Assembly (NCBI RefSeq): GCF_001447785.1
Contig: NW_015165833.1
Location: forward strand, 1,927,560 to 1,991,559
Source of the DNA: Gekko japonicus
Taxonomy: Eukaryota
Direction: 5' to 3'
Length of the DNA stretch: 64,000 bases
This document shows, one piece after another, positions 34,330 to 46,248 of the stretch. Under the pieces are notes generated by a model. It worked only from the letters and a program-made list of their open reading frames with translations, was not told the DNA's origin and did not search any database. The position numbers were made by a program, and so were the translations under genes. Numbering within the stretch: the first letter of the stretch is position 1; each line of letters opens with the position of its first letter.

Positions 34330-34700
34330 AACCCGAAGGTTAAATGAATACAAATGAGGGGGGGGGGCAGTGTTAAAATCAATAAATATACAACATAAAT
34401 ATTACAAATTATCAAAAACATGTATTTATTACAAATCAGTTTAAAAACAATTATAAGCTCAAATATAGCCTCAATAAAAATTACAAATCGTACAATATGC
34501 ACAATTGGGACCTTATGCCACCCTAAAATAGACACGTTTCGGCCAACTGGCCTTTGTCAGTGGTCAAGCATAAATGTTGCACATAGTCTCAATTGTTGCA
34601 ATACTATTATTAACCAATATAGGACAAAGTGGAAATTATATTCTGATAAACGTCTGTGACACAAGGCAAGGATGTACTGTATAATAAGCCTCATGTGGCA
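34330..34700 (-). mobile_element. Penelope-like terminal-repeat remnant with hammerhead-like core
   Basis: AT-rich block containing minus-strand CTGACAAAGGCCAGTTGGCCGAAAC. Confidence 0.6.
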
Positions 34701-34959
34701 TCACCTTGTGCCCAAATCAGGCACATATAACCAAAATGGTATTTTGGTCCAGGAGATTCAATTCCAAAAGCAAATATAGAGCCAGCGCAACAATTAGTGT
34801 ATAGTGCCACCCTTGCACCCCTTCAAATCCAGTCCAGCTCCGGTGCTGATGCATCATCTGCCTCTCATAGAGGGGGAAGAGGGAGTAAAGGGCGTTTGAT
34901 AATAACCATGACAGTATGTAGTAGACACTTCCCATACAAACAATTTGTTTGAAGGCTTT

Positions 34960-36000
34960 TGCATCACGTGACTGGGCAAACCACCCCCTCCCCCGGTGCT
35001 CTAAGGCGTTTCGTTCCCCTCCCTTTGGAGGCGAGGACTTGCGAGAAGGGCGGTGCTCCAAAAGAGGGGGGGTGCGGGGACAGGAGAATTCTATTATGTC
35101 CGCCAATACCGTCACTTTCTCCGAGTGTTCGCTGAGTCTTTTAACCAATCAGAAGCAAGCTCCGTCTTTGGGGCGGGGACGCCTTTTCCGGAGACAAGAT
35201 GGTGGGCGACAGTTCCTGCCTCTCGGTTCCCGGAGGGCGGTGAGGGGGCGCGGCCAGAGGCGGTGACGTGGCCCTGCGTCATGTCCGTTGTCAGGTGGCG
35301 GAGTCGGAAAGCCCGAGTTGGCTGGGAAAAAGCGAGGCGGACGGTGGCCGGCGGGGCCGGGCCCGGAGGCGGCGGCGATGGGTGAGTGGTGAGGGGTGGC
35401 GGGAGGCTCCTGAGGGGAGGGGCGGCCGATGAGGAAACTCCCGGGGGCAAGGGAGGCTGCCAGATCCGAAGAATTTTCCATGAACCGCCGCGAGGCTTTG
35501 CATGGGGGGCGGCCCTGTTCTCGCAAGGCGCCGCACGCCTGCTGCCGCCCCCCCCACCCCCCGGATCCGTTTCTCCGACTAGATTGAGCCGGCCCCGCTC
35601 GCTGTCGGCATCCCTTCCTCTTTGTTTCCGAGGAGACCGTCGGACGCGGCCTCCCCCGCTGGAGCTGTCATCCCCTTCTCAGCTCGCCTCGCCTGCTTGG
35701 GTTTGGCTGCGGTAGTCGGGGGCCGGAGGACCCCGGGCCTGGATGCAGCGAGTGGGGGCGTGAAACACGTGGAAGGGAAGGGGAGGCCAGCCTGGATGGA
35801 AGAGGTGGGCGCTGGGGTGCCTTTGGTCGGAGGGAAGGGTTGCACGGGGTGCTCCTCTGAGGATGCTGAGCGAGGCCAGCCTCGGTCGAGTGCTTGGCTC
35901 CTTTCTCGCTCTGTGTCTGCAGACCCAGCGACAGAGTTGGCTTGACCTGGAGGCAGCCCGAGCCTGGTCCCCCCCCCTCCCCCGCCATGACTGCGGTGCT
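34960..36000 (+). promoter_or_regulatory. STK40 CpG-island promoter and first exon (ends 35381)
   Basis: Very high CpG; CCAAT x2, GGGGCGGGG, YY1-like CAAGATGG, TGACGT; donor ATGG|gtgagt at 35381/35382. Confidence 0.88.
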
Positions 36001-39000
36001 TTGGGCAAGCAATTCTCCACTGAGTGTGAGGCCTATCAAATGCGGAGGGGGGTGCTTTCAGAACAGGAGAGAGAGCCCTGCTGGTTCAGACCCTTGGTCC
36101 TTTTGTCTCATGGAGCGGCCAGGCGGCTGCCTTACAACACTGGTGAACAGGGGATAGAGGCTGCCTCTCCACAATGGTGATGGACCTCTCCTCCATGAAT
36201 TTGCCTAACTCGTGCAAAGCCAGTGACCCTTGTGACCATTGCTGCTATTCCCTCTGGTGTCCTGAACCATTTCCTGTCATCTTTGTTGGGTGCCCTCAAG
36301 TTCTGCTATTAGAGAAGAGGGAGAAAAAGTTCCTTCTCTCCACTTTCTCTATGGCATGCATAATTTCATAAGCCTTTATCATGTCCATCCTTAGCTGTCT
36401 TTTTAGGCTGCAAAAATCACAAGGGTTTTACAAGTCTTGCAGTACTTCGCAAGAATTACCTTGGCGATTCTTACTGCAGCCCTAGGAGGTCCTGCAGTAT
36501 AATTGTCATTAACACGGGGGCAGAGTTAGTGTTTCAGTGGGGTTTCAGTGAGGAGAGGGGGCTTCCTGATTTGTAGCTCAGTCTCTCAGCAGCTATGCTG
36601 TATTAGTATTTTTGCAGCTGGAGATAGAGGTGATACAAGATTGTGAAGATTATCAATTTCTATGTATTTAAGCTGTGGCTCCAGTGACCTCTCTGGGAGG
36701 GTTTATTGGTTTGCAGTTATGAAGAATGTTGAGGCAGGAAATGTAGCTTACCCCGTCCTCTTGACATGCATACACAGTGACAGGGCCCAAACAGTCCTTC
36801 ACTTTCTGTGCAGAAGTCAATGAGAGCCATTCACTTTTATGAGGGAGACGCAAAAGCATGTAGGTGAAAGTACTGTTTAAAAATTGGGTTGGAAAAAATT
36901 CAGGAGATAAGTTGTGTGCACAATATATTACTGGTGCCAAAGAACTTGAGATGTTTTTCAGCTCTATGCAGGTTTTGTGCCTACAACTGCAAATTATTTT
37001 TTAGTCTTAGCAGATCATTTGCATATTTTCCTATCTATTTCTCTCCCCTTTTTTTTAGCACCGTCCACCCCTGATTTGATGATATGACTTTAGCCAAACA
37101 GCTTCTCCTAAGCAACACAACATTGTGATCAGTCAGACCCAGGGAATCCAGAGCAGCATTCTTCTCCTATGGGCCCCACACAGTCATCATTTCTTAAACT
37201 GTGGTTTTGAGGTAGACCACAATCCCAGATATTAAGGGTGAATGCCACCGCTGATGATAGCAGGCGGATGAGATTGTCTTCTCCTCTGTCTGTTCTGATT
37301 GTCCTTTCCTTGCCTAAGTGGCATGTTGCACCTTTCTGACAGATGGTCCCAGCCGTAGCTTTTTTTTTGGGGGGGGGGGGTGATTGTAGAGATAATGGGT
37401 TGGATCTAGATTCCAGACACCTTTTTCATTGTCTTCACCTTTCCTCTCCTTACTACAGCCCTTATCCCACATGACATTTATGCATGCTGGTCCATGATCC
37501 CCAGGATAGTCTTTGTTAGGGGGGTGGTCAAAGCTAACACTTTCCTTCTTCAACAGTAGAAATACTGGTTGGATCTATCCCTTTTAGTATTTTTCAGTTT
37601 TAGTACAGTGTCTTTGAGCCTTGACTTCTCATGTCTATGGGATTTGCAGTGACTTCTATGACACTGCTCTATTGAAATGTTGACAGGGAGCTCAGTGTGA
37701 GGCTGATTTATGAGCATAATAAATGCATCTGGCTTGCAGATGTTCTGCTTTAGGTGTTTAATTAGTCACTCAGGTAGATACAGAGCTGCCACCAAAGAGC
37801 TAAAACCCTAGCTTTTAAAGGTGATTAACCTGGCTTTCGACATCTTGTGCATGGATGAGAAAATAAAGGGTGTCTTTTTATTAATACATCCACGTTTTTT
37901 GAATCTGTGCCAGTTCAAGTGGTGAGCGACCTGAAACCATTCTTTCTGTGGTAGTATCTGTGCGAGTTGGGGAAGCAGGATTTTTGGAATATGTGGTAGA
38001 GGCAAAGTAGTAGTGTGGTATCCAACAGGTATCCAAAGGCTTTTCCAAAGTTGATAACATGTCTTTCCTGGATTAGGGCTTCACTTTAGCCAGTAGCTGG
38101 TGCATCTAGCCTTGTCCTGTCTACTGAAGCTGAAAGCAACTCTCCAAGGTCTTGTGCCTTTCCCAGCCTCAGTACTTCTTAAGTGAAGATGTTACCAGGG
38201 ATTAAACTTGAGACATACTGCATGGGGAGCAGGAGCTGTGGCACAGTAAACCACAAGCATATTCCAAAGAGTGGGTGGCACAGAAATGCAGAAGAGTGTT
38301 GAGCGGGCAGCACTCAGCCCTCCTTGCAGGTGCTTGAACCCAAAAGGCCCAGAGAGCAACAAGGGCTCTCTTGAATCGGGCACCTGACCAAGGGCAGATG
38401 TTGTCATCAGGCTGTGGGTGCTTGCTGTGGGATTAAGAATTGCATAACCAAGCAGCTAGAACGGCACAATGTACAGTGTGAGTGGCATTTTCACCAGGCA
38501 CCTGAAGTGGCCATGCATGAGGCTTGTGGGTATACCAGACCTGCTTAACTTCAGACCACATTCTGGGCCTGTGCAACTGACCACACCTAGGGGATCACTT
38601 GACATTGATGGGTAGTCCTCCAGGAACTTCAGAAGGATATATTCACACTGTGATCTCTGTGGGTGCTCTAGAACAACCTGCTTCCATCCAAAGGGTTTGT
38701 CCTTTTTTAAAACTTGAGAGTGGGTTTCAAAATGCACCAAGAACAAACAGAGTACATGTGTGTTGTCTTGGTGTTGGCTCCTCCTGTATAAGCTTAGGCC
38801 TGGGATATCACAAAAACAATGGACAGCCTGTGTCTGGAAGTTATCCTGTGTGAGAAAGAAGCTGCTCTTCTGATGTATGTGTGTGTGTCTGGCAGGGGTG
38901 GGGGAGACTGTCTGAACAATGAGAATTCAGTCTTGAATTGGCAATCAGAACAGGAATTCTTGCTTCCAATCTGGTCATGTCAGGGAGCTGTTGAGAACAA

Positions 39001-42000
39001 AGCCTTTGCGCTTTTGTGAGGCTTGGATACATTGATAGAGAACTGCTATTTGGTATTGCGATTAGGGGAACTGTCTGTTCTGCAGTGCTGTAGCTATCCC
39101 CCCCCCCCATTCCCTTGCCCACATTTGGTAAGAAAGGTGAACCTCTTGGCTCACTCCAAGCCAAACTTGCCAAGCCCACATATCTTACATGCCTCTTGTC
39201 GGTTTAGGGCTCTAAAATAAGCCCATCCAACAAATGGCCTGCTAAGTTTATGACATCTGTGGTGTGTGTGGGAGGGGGGAGGAACTTTTGCCTTTGCACA
39301 ACATCTAAGATGAGCTTAAATATATTTCAGGATTAGCTTCACCTAAAATTTGCATGGCTGCAAGCATAAAACTCAGTTGCTTTTTGATAAAATTGGTTTC
39401 TTTGGGTGGGGGTTTGTTCTCTGTCAAATCGTCACAGAACCATCTAGCAGCTTCACCTGCTGATATGAGTGAGTTCTGACCAAAACAGAAGCTGAATTGA
39501 CCAGGCAGGGCTAATACGTTAATGGTCCTTCATTCTAACTGCTCCCAGAATTTGGTTGTCTTGATTTTTCTGTATCCCTCTTTTGGCCTCTCTCTGTCAA
39601 TAATTGCGTAGCAGCACAATTAACTTTCCAGAGCAGTGATGCGCAAAATACAAGCTTTCTTGTGACAGAGGAAAAAGAAGGTTTTATTTCCAGCTTTTTG
39701 CCCACAGCATTTTGAAGCCGTTTTAAAAGCTCCCATCTAAATCTAGTACGGCAGTCTTGGTCTGTCTGTCTTTCGGTCTCCTTCCCACCCAGGGAACTGT
39801 AGTTCTGTGCACTAGATCAGGGAGTCTCAAACAAAACCTCAGCATTTAAACCAAACTACAGTTTCCGGGATTTATTTATTTTTTTAGAGGAAGCCATGAC
39901 AAAGAGAAATACAGTTGTACTTGTGTGCTCAGTGGAGGTGTGCTGCGGCTGCAAAGCCAAGAGGTGATTCTGATGCCTTGGAATATATTTTAGTTGTCTG
40001 TAAATGCAAGAGACAGAGAATGGGAGGAGTGGAGTAAGCTAGTACGTGTGTGGCGATGCTGGTGACTCACTTAGAAAAAATAAGGGTGTTCTCCTTCAGA
40101 GATGACTGACCCAGGCACTTTGCAGTTTACCCGGCTGGTGACTCTTAGCAGCAATAGATTTCATCACTGCAATCAAATGTCCAAGGTCCTGTCTTGTGAT
40201 AGTTATCACTCCAAAATCTGCAAACTGCTCCAACCTGCGTCGCTTGTATGCTGAGAGGAGGTGGCCTTTTTGCATGGACTTTCTGCAGTGCAATGTGACC
40301 ACCTTGGGGTGCATTTTTAATTTTACAGACCTCCCTTTACTACCTGCCTTGGACTTCTTTTTATGGATGTGCAGAAAAACTGCAGTGTGCCTTAAACAGT
40401 CTGTGATAATGGTCCAGGTGTGTAGGAAGTAGTTGTTCACCCAGTACAAACCTTTTCTTCCCTCCTGCAGTCATCCCCAACCAGTTTCTTGTACTGCCTT
40501 TACTTCTGCTCCCCTGTTTGCTTCATGTCTGTCTGGTATATGTGCATTGATAGACAGAGAAGGCTGCAATGTGGATAGCCCTGTCAGAGGTGGCCTTGGG
40601 TATTCTGCTGTTCAGTTTTCACAGCTGAAAAAGAATCCATAGGTTAGATGCTGTGCACCCATTCTGCAACAACACCAGGAGAAGTCTCCTTGTATGGGGT
40701 GCGGGCACCATTAGCGGAACCCCCAGTGCATCTGGTATTAAGCAATGCTTGTTGGTGGAAAGTTCTGTCACATCATAGCCTACTTACATTGGCCCTGTCA
40801 GATTTTCAAGGCAGGAGGTGAACTGAGGTGGTTTGCCATTGCCTGCCTCTGTGCAGCAACCCTGGACCTCTTTGATGATCTCCCATCCAAGAACTAACTG
40901 AGGCTGACCCCTGTGATGAGAGGCTGGCCTGGGCCATCCAAGTCAGGGCACCTGGTGCCTAGATAACTTATCAATACTTAATCAACTTTTGATTCTGGAA
41001 ACACCTGGTAGTGGTACTGAATATGTTGAAATGTTTTTCCCCAACATCCTTGGCCATTTAGCTATATGAGAGTTTGTAGCCTGAACCCCTGGTTGAGGGC
41101 ACTTGAAGACTAGTTCTCTGCTTGCTCGTGAGACCTGCACTAACTTCCAAGAGCCAAACCCCTCTTGAGCTAGCTTAGCAAATAAGCCCCCCCAACTGTA
41201 GCTGCTGTTTGGACATAGGAAACATTTGTTCTCATGCTGCAAATCTAAAAGCTCTGTTGTCCTGCTGTTCTTTTGGGTAGGTAGGTGTGCCACTTGAATT
41301 CTTTGCATATTCTCTGCTCTGTACCTACAAGGAAAAGGGCGCCCTGATCCGCTTATTGGTGTTTGGTAGTGATCAGTGACCCCAGGAAGTCTCACTAGTC
41401 TGTCCAGTTTACTTTTGCAGAGGAGGTGTTGGTCCTCTGATCCAGCATTCATGTGGAAGGTCCCAGGCTCCTTCCCTGGCATCTTCTGAAGACTAGGGTG
41501 GGAGGCTGGCCTCTGCTTTGAAAGCCTGAAGGCCTTCTGCCATCCAGCGTGAGTAGTTTTGGCTCAGATTGCCTGTTGGGAGGTCCTTAAATCCTTCTGT
41601 CAAGCTCCAATGGGAGTTGCAGAATCTGGCCGTTGTTCTCTCAGTGCTTGCAATCATCGGTGTGTCATCCCTGTGCCAGATTGTGTCACTGCCTTAGAGC
41701 AACTTCTGCTCTGCTTTGGTTTCATCAGTGGACTTGGAATGGGAAAGGCTGCCCAGCAGGTTTTTCTCTCAAGGACTTGTTGGTATTCCTGGGTTTTGCG
41801 GGGTTATGGTCCATTTTTCTCTCCTCCATTTCTGGGTGCAGTTTTGGTAGGGATAGTTGAGGCTTGGGGTGAAATTGGTCTAGATTTCCCTTAAACTGAA
41901 GCCTCTGGTTTAAATTTCCTGGTTGCTGCCATGTTTTAAAGGTTGTGTTGTTTCCCCTAGAGAGCTTTGCAAGCTGGCTGAGATCCTGAATGGTTCGCCT

Positions 42001-42607
42001 GTGAGTCTTTGCTCACAGATTGTGTTGCATGGAACTTTTGGCGGGTCTTTGCTCATGGATTTGTTACATAAAACTTGCAGAAAAGGTTTCTTTTTCACAG
42101 GGTGCTAGTTTACTGTGCTTCAGTAACGAGTTTTACTAACCAGTCAGTGGACAGTGCACAGTATAATGAAGCAAGTATTTTATATTTGCTTTGTGGAAAT
42201 GGTGGAATTCCAAGCAAAGGGTCAAAGCTCAGAACATCTGGTTCATAATCAAGCCTCTGTCCTAGCAACAGGCTCACAATATGGGCCATGTGTTTTGTGC
42301 ACCAAAGGTTGCTGCACAGAGAACTATGTGGGGTCCTCCTCTTTTCCTGCTGCCTTCAGCTTTTCCTAGCATTATGTCTTTTACAGCGAGTCTTGTCTTC
42401 TTATGATGTGACCAAAGTACAATAGCCTCAGTTTAGTCATTGCGGCTTCTAGAACACTTGTTAGGCAATGCCAATGTTGCTTCAACTTCAGGAGAAGTAG
42501 AGGCCATGACAAACATTCTCAGGGAACAAGACAAACCACAGGGACCCATCAGTTCACAGGCAGCTAAAGAGACAGTGTGGGGTAGTGGTTCGTGTCGGAC
42601 CACTAGA

Positions 42608-43057
42608 CCGGGGTGGCCAAACTAGGGCTCGGGAGCCACATGCAGCTCTTTCACACGTATTGTGTGGCTCCTGGCAGGGTGGCTGGGGAAGTGAAGTGAA
42701 GGATTGGTCTTCCCTTCCCTAGTCAGTGCTCCCCTTCCCTGGGTAGACTTGAGGTGTGGGCGAGCAGACAAAGAAAGCAGCTTTAACTTTAAATGCATTC
42801 TCAAAGCACCCCCCCCCCCCGGCCAGCTTGAAGAAAGCATTTGTCTCTTTAAATATCATTATCAATATCTGTTGTTGTTTTTTAATCCCTTTTGTTTTTA
42901 TTTCTGGCAGTCTTATTTAATGTTAAAGTTAATAAAAGCAAATTCGCATATTTTCCAGGAAAAATGCATGTGTAATATTTGTTCATGTCTTGTGGTTCTC
43001 AGACATCTGATGTTTCTTCTATGTGGCTCTTACGTTAAACAAGTTTGGCCACCCCTG
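42608..43057 (+). mobile_element. hAT/Charlie-like non-autonomous DNA transposon
   Basis: TIR C(C/A)GGGGTGGCCAAACT / AGTTTGGCCACCCCTG; subterminal GTGGCTC repeats; no TSD recognised. Confidence 0.75.
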
Positions 43058-44024
43058 TACTCCTTTGATTGAGGGACAATGATAGGCCTGACATCCTTTG
43101 TAGAGTTACTAGGGTAAAATACTGGGGGGGGCTTGACGTATAGACATGTAGCCGAGAGGGAAGTAGTCCTCTGTCCCAACACTGTAGAATTCTATTCTAC
43201 AGGCCCCCTAGGGGTTTCCTAGCCTGTGGTTATTTCTCTCCCCAACCACAACTGTCTGGTTGTGCTTGCCATTAAGACAGCGGTTTTAAAGCTGAGTCAG
43301 GTGTCAGTAGCTCCCACCATTTGGTAAAAACCTCCGCTGTTGGCCTCTTATTCTCGGTCAGTGTTCTAGTCCAGAAGCCCAAGGAGAGACTGGCGGGATT
43401 TCTCTGTGAGAGCCTGTACAAATTGCTTCTGGGAGATTCCCTTGGCCCCTTGCCACTTGGGCATCTCTGCTCCTCCCTTCTGCAGCAGCAGTGCAAGAGC
43501 TGACGTTTCAAGTTTGATGACGAATTGTGCCCGCCAGGAGTCTCTGAGCAGGAGTGATTCATCACTTGTGTATGTGGCAGTGGCGTGGGAACTTCTCCTG
43601 TTTCGCCATGTTATGTTCTGCCTGGTGTTTCAATCTTTGGCAGGCAATTGTGTTCGCTGGAGGCCTCTGCATAGGACATGCAGTTGCTATTATAAAGTTC
43701 CTCTCTCTTTAAAAGTCCATTCAGAGCAGCTGCTGCAACATGACAAATGTACCACTGCAGTACATGTGTAGGGTGCTGAATGTGTTCTCAGTGCAGCCGT
43801 TTTAGGCTGAGTTGGTGAAGCTCCACTACAGGTCAGTGACAAAACCTGGGATTTTGATTCTCTTTGGAAACCCATAGCATGAAAATCCTTAAAAGCAAAT
43901 CTCAAATTCAGTTTCTGTACAAATATGTTTTATTTTGTTTGCAACAGAATTCGTTTGCTCCCTTCAGCTTTTATTTTTCCTTCTTCTTAGATTATAAAAA
44001 TTTAAGATAACATGAGCTTTGGTA

Positions 44025-44180
44025 AAATTCAGGTGGGTAGCCGTGTTGGTCTGAAGCAGCAGAACAAAGTCTGAGTCCAGTGGCACCTTTAAGACCAACA
44101 AAGTTTTATTCAAACTGTAAGCTTACACTTTGAATAAAATGTTGTTGTTCTTAAAGGTGCCAGTGGACTCAAACTTTGTT
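44025..44180. mobile_element. Palindromic short Penelope-type element, centre deleted
   Basis: Arms 44062-44181 centred on TGTAAGCTTACA; 14-bp TSD CATG(A/T)GCTTTGGTA. Confidence 0.75.
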
Positions 44181-46142
44181 CATGTGCTTTGGTAGCATAG
44201 GGTGCAGCAGTTTGTAGCTCTTTCTCAAGTATTGGGTCTACTTGCAGTTTTGCTTATACTTCCAAAAATATGCCAAGTAGTACAGTTCTATTTGCTAACT
44301 AGGTTAAAAATGATGCATTTTATGTTACATCAGGAAAGATTTTTAGGCATGTAGGAAATTAACTTTTGCATGCATGCATGCATGCTCACATACGTATGTT
44401 TATGTATACAAGTTTTCTCCAAATTTCCAATTTTTCTTCTTGTGGAAAAAGGTTTTTCCCCATGACTTCAAAATGTTCAGATACTTTGCATCTCTGCTAA
44501 CGACAGCAATGGTTGCCTTTGAAGCAGCTTGTAGGGCCCTGACTGGCTGGGGGAGTGGCAGAGTTTCTCATCTGAAGAGGAGAGAGTCTGGCCCAGGGTG
44601 GAGAGAGGACATTGTACTGTGGTTAACCGACAGGAAATGATGAGCATGGGGCAAAAGGCTGGGCCTTGTGATAAACAAACAGTATTGTACTTGAGTGGTC
44701 TTTCCAAGCTTCCTTACTGAGTTGGTGACTGTGGCTCTCGCCTGTCCAGTCTGTTCTTTCCTGAAAGCAGCAAGGAGACTTCAGGGCCCCTATGATGACT
44801 AACTCCTCATCCCGAAGCTCCAGCTGACCCGACTGCTGTAGCTGTTCTTTTCCTGCCTCCAGTCCTCCCCAGATGTCCTAGGCAAGTCCCCGGGACTGTT
44901 CCAGCACCATTGATGTGTTGGACTCTTCCTACACTGGGGACAGTTCACACCTTTATGTCCTGCTCTGTTGTTGGACAACTGCCCTGTCTGTGTAAGAACA
45001 TAATGGGAATGTGAGCATTTGTGTTTTGGCTGTCATTGCCCCAGCTGTGGCTGTCTTGTCCCTACCAGACTGTGGAGCTGTGCAGCTGAAAGTCTTCTGC
45101 TGACATGCAGAGACTCCTCATGTGTGAGCAGGGGGCAGGAAGCAATGTCAGAACTTGCCCTTGGCATGTGACATTGTTCTTGGGCCATTTATTTCATTTA
45201 TACCTTGACTTTCTCCCCAATGGGGACCCAAAGTGGCTTACCTCCTTCTCTCCTCCCTATTATCCTTACAACAACCCTGAGATGTGGGTCAGGCTGATTG
45301 CATGACTGGCCATTTCCACCATCACTCAGCAGGCTTCCATGGCAGTGGGGATTCGAACCTGGGTCTTTCAGATCCTAGTCCAGCACTTAACCACTACCGC
45401 ACACTGGAGAGACAGTTTTGCTAGTAGAGGTACTAGGACATAAATGTACCAGTGACGGAAGGGTTATTCTGGTGTGCATTACACCCCGTGACCAGAGGTG
45501 CTTGATGAGCATGGTGCTCTGTGAATAAAGGCACACTGAGACCTAATGGAGAGCTGATAGTTCATCTAATTATGGCAGGTGGAGAGAGAACAGGTGGCTT
45601 GGTTCCGTCCATGCTCAGCTTGCTGCCTGGCATCTGAAGATCAGCCCCTGCAGAGTGGATGTTTTCCTTCCCTCTGCTTTCCATGAGGTGTCATGTTGGA
45701 GGGAGGCAGGGAAAAGAAGAACCCCCCCCCCCAAAAAAAAACCCAGCTTTGAGGGCAAGAGGTGAAGAACAGAAGGACTGAAGCTCACCTCTTAATTCAA
45801 AACAAGGCAGACCTTTAGATGCCGGCATGGCTTACAAACAGATGAGTTCACACAAGTTCACACCCAGCTAGCTCGTGCTGAATGTCTTAGTTTCTCAGGT
45901 CTTTCTACCCTGTGAGTAGTTCGGTGGTCACACAGTGCTTTGCTTGAGCACATCTGGATGGCCCTTCCTGGAAAGATGGGAGGTCTGTGCCCCCCCCAAG
46001 CCATTAATGAGGGACAGGAAGTGCCCATCATCACTTAAGCTGACAAGAGGGATGTGGGGGGGGTGCTGTCCGGTGGCAGACCATCATGGCTGGCAGCTCC
46101 CTCACACAGCATGTCTGCTCTGTTCTGTTCCCAGAACTCAGG

Positions 46143-46248
46143 ATGAAGCGGCGGGCGTCTGACAGAGGAGGTGGGGAAACATCGGCCAAGGCTCTCTGCA
46201 CTGGGATTTCCAGCAACAATGCCAAGCGGGCTGGGCCTTTCATTCTTG
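46143..46248 (+). CDS. STK40: STK40 exon 2 (exon starts at 46135)
   Basis: MKRRASDRGGGETSAKALCTGISSNNAKRAGPFIL; G|gtgagc. Confidence 0.95.

Noticed and set aside
34949-36180. Dense ORFs in CpG islands (also 8035-8779, 29553-30310, 60381-61375)
   Set aside because: Expected from high GC content; no recognisable protein apart from OSCP1 exon 1.
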